From a virus: DNA of 64,000 nucleotides. Positions within the stretch are counted from its first letter, which is position 1; every line of letters begins with the position of its first letter. The notes below the pieces were generated by a model, which made no database searches, had not been told where the DNA came from, and saw nothing but the letters and a program-made list of their open reading frames with translations. Location: the UHGV virus genome UHGV-0057186; one strand, written 5' to 3'. The position numbers were made by a program, and so were the translations under genes. Below, one piece after another: positions 59,503 to 64,000 of the stretch.

Positions 59503-61049
59503 GTAACAATACATATCAGCACGTATCAAATGAATCAAAATATGTTAAATTCGATCCAGTAGGATCGAATTTTCCTGACACTGTTACGACAGTGCAGTCT
59601 GCATTATCAAAAATAAGCAATATCGGCGTAAATGGTATTCCTGATGCAACTATGGAAGTTAAAGGAATAGCAATGATTGCGTCAGAACAAGAGGTTTTAG
59701 ATGGAACTAATAATTCTAAAATCGTTACCCCAGCTACATTAGCAACAAGATTATTGTATCCAAATGCTACTGAAACTAAGTATGGTTTAACGCGCTATTC
59801 AACAAATGAAGAAACATTAGAAGGATCAGATAATAATTCATCAATAACGCCACAAAAACTGAAATACCATACTGACGATGTGTTCCAAAATAGATATTCG
59901 TCTGAGTCATCAAACGGGGTTATTAAAATATCATCTACACCTGCAGCTTTGGCCGGCGTAGATGATACTACGGCAATGACTCCATTAAAAACCCAAAAAC
60001 TTGCAATAAAATTAATTTCACAAATAGCTCCTTCAGAAGACACTGCAACAGAATCGGTGAGAGGAGTAGTTCAATTATCTACTGTTGCGCAAACTCGTCA
60101 AGGAACTCTCCGCGAAGGATATGCAATTTCCCCGTATACCTTTATGAATTCTGTTGCAACACAAGAATATAAGGGTGTTATACGTTTAGGAACACAATCG
60201 GAAATTAACAGTAATTTGGGAGATGTTGCAGTAACAGGTGAAACACTAAATGGTCGAGGAGCTACTGGTTCTATGCGCGGAGTAGTTAAATTAACGACGC
60301 AAGCCGGTATTGCCCCTGAAGGTGATAGTTCTGGAGCATTAGCATGGAACGCAGATGTAATTAATACTCGTGGTGGACAAACTATTAATGGTTCTTTAAA
60401 TTTAGACCATCTTACAGCAAACGGAATTTGGTCGCGCGGCGGAATGTGGAAAAATGGCGATCAACCTGTTGCCACTGAAAGATATGCGTCCGAAAGAATT
60501 CCAGTTGGGACTATTATGATGTTTGCAGGTGATTCAGCACCTCCAGGTTGGATTATGTGTCATGGTGGAACCGTGTCAGGTGACCAATTTCCTGATTATA
60601 GAAACGTAGTTGGATCAAGATTTGGTGGTGATAGGAACAATCCTGGTATTCCTGATATGCGAGGTCTTTTCGTCAGAGGAGCCGGTACTGGCGGTCATAT
60701 TTTAAATCAACGAGGACAAGATGGTTATGGAAAGGATAGACTTGGTGTAGGATGTGACGGAATGCATGTTGGTGGTGTCCAGGCACAACAAATGTCATAC
60801 CATAAACACGCCGGTGGTTGGGGGGAATATATCAGAAGTGAAGGCCCATTTGGCGCGTCTGTTCATCAAGGATATCTTGGAACTGGAAAACATGCCGACT
60901 GGGATAATGCTTCATACTTCACTAATGATGGATTTGAATTAGGCGGACCGAGAGATGCCCTTGGTACACTTAATCGTGAAGGATTAATTGGTTATGAAAC
61001 TAGACCATGGAATATATCATTAAACTATATTATTAAAGTTCATTACTAA
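59499..61049 (+). CDS. 12: Short tail fibre protein gp12
   Basis: 516 aa; position after gene 11; C-terminal receptor-binding domain with HxH motif ([10 protein letters not shown]). Confidence 0.9.
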   Translation: MSNNTYQHVSNESKYVKFDPVGSNFPDTVTTVQSALSKISNIGVNGIPDATMEVKGIAMIASEQEVLDGTNNSKIVTPATLATRLLYPNATETKYGLTRYSTNEETLEGSDNNSSITPQKLKYHTDDVFQNRYSSESSNGVIKISSTPAALAGVDDTTAMTPLKTQKLAIKLISQIAPSEDTATESVRGVVQLSTVAQTRQGTLREGYAISPYTFMNSVATQEYKGVIRLGTQSEINSNLGDVAVTGETLNGRGATGSMRGVVKLTTQAGIAPEGDSSGALAWNADVINTRGGQTINGSLNLDHLTANGIWSRGGMWKNGDQPVATERYASERIPVGTIMMFAGDSAPPGWIMCHGGTVSGDQFPDYRNVVGSRFGGDRNNPGIPDMRGLFVRGAGTGGHILNQRGQDGYGKDRLGVGCDGMHVGGVQAQQMSYHKHAGGWGEYIRSEGPFGASVHQGYLGTGKHADWDNASYFTNDGFELGGPRDALGTLNREGLIGYETRPWNISLNYIIKVHY

Positions 61050-62519
<1,470 letters not shown>

Positions 62520-62522
62520 CAT

Positions 62523-62538
62523 GGGGCCGCAAGGCCCC
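62523..62538 (+). other. GC-rich hairpin after wac (possible weak terminator/RNA stabiliser)
   Basis: ggggccgcaaggcccc inverted repeat, no clean U-run. Confidence 0.35.
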
Positions 62539-62550
62539 AAAGGATTTTAA

Positions 62551-64000
<1,450 letters not shown>

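Noticed and set aside
47726-60043. Minus-strand ORFs inside the baseplate genes (47726..47935, 49741..49959, 49746..49940, 51542..51739, 53841..54200, 54813..55013, 55457..55792, 56241..56426, 57051..57239, 57877..58098, 59100..59447, 59795..60043)
   Set aside because: They are antisense to conserved late structural genes 5-12, which fill this region without gaps.

Overview
This window is a 64-kb stretch of a T4-like (T-even, Tequatrovirus-type) myovirus genome, running from the 5' end of gene 45 to the 5' part of gene 14. Positions 1-46853 are almost entirely minus-strand early/middle genes: 45, rpbA, 46, 47, a-gt, 55, nrdH-like, nrdG, an intron-less nrdD, a free-standing GIY-YIG endonuclease, 49, nrdC, a long string of small accessory ORFs, rI, tk, regB, a frameshifted denV, internal-protein genes, e, nudE, a 10-tRNA cluster, 57B/57A, 1, 3, 2 and 4. 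Positions 46901-64000 are plus-strand late baseplate/tail genes: 53, 5, 5.4, 6, 7, 8, 9, 10, 11, 12, wac, 13 and 14 (partial). Gene names are assigned from my memory of T4 protein lengths and sequences, not from a database search. The phage is not T4 itself: nrdD is uninterrupted, there are two extra tRNAs (Tyr, Asn), denV is frameshifted, and the nrdC-rI interval carries a different gene set. The most interesting candidate is a promoter-to-terminator cassette at about 22.4-25.7 kb that encodes a Pol-beta-fold nucleotidyltransferase translationally coupled to a small membrane protein, with tandem paralogs upstream. Other points worth follow-up are several genes for capsid-targeted internal proteins, two GIY-YIG-type endonuclease genes at classic homing positions, a macro-domain protein, a GrcA-like glycyl-radical protein and the Acb1/Acb2 anti-CBASS pair. 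ORF starts in the supplied track sometimes use GTG/TTG; where I could see a better ATG plus ribosome-binding site I give the refined start.
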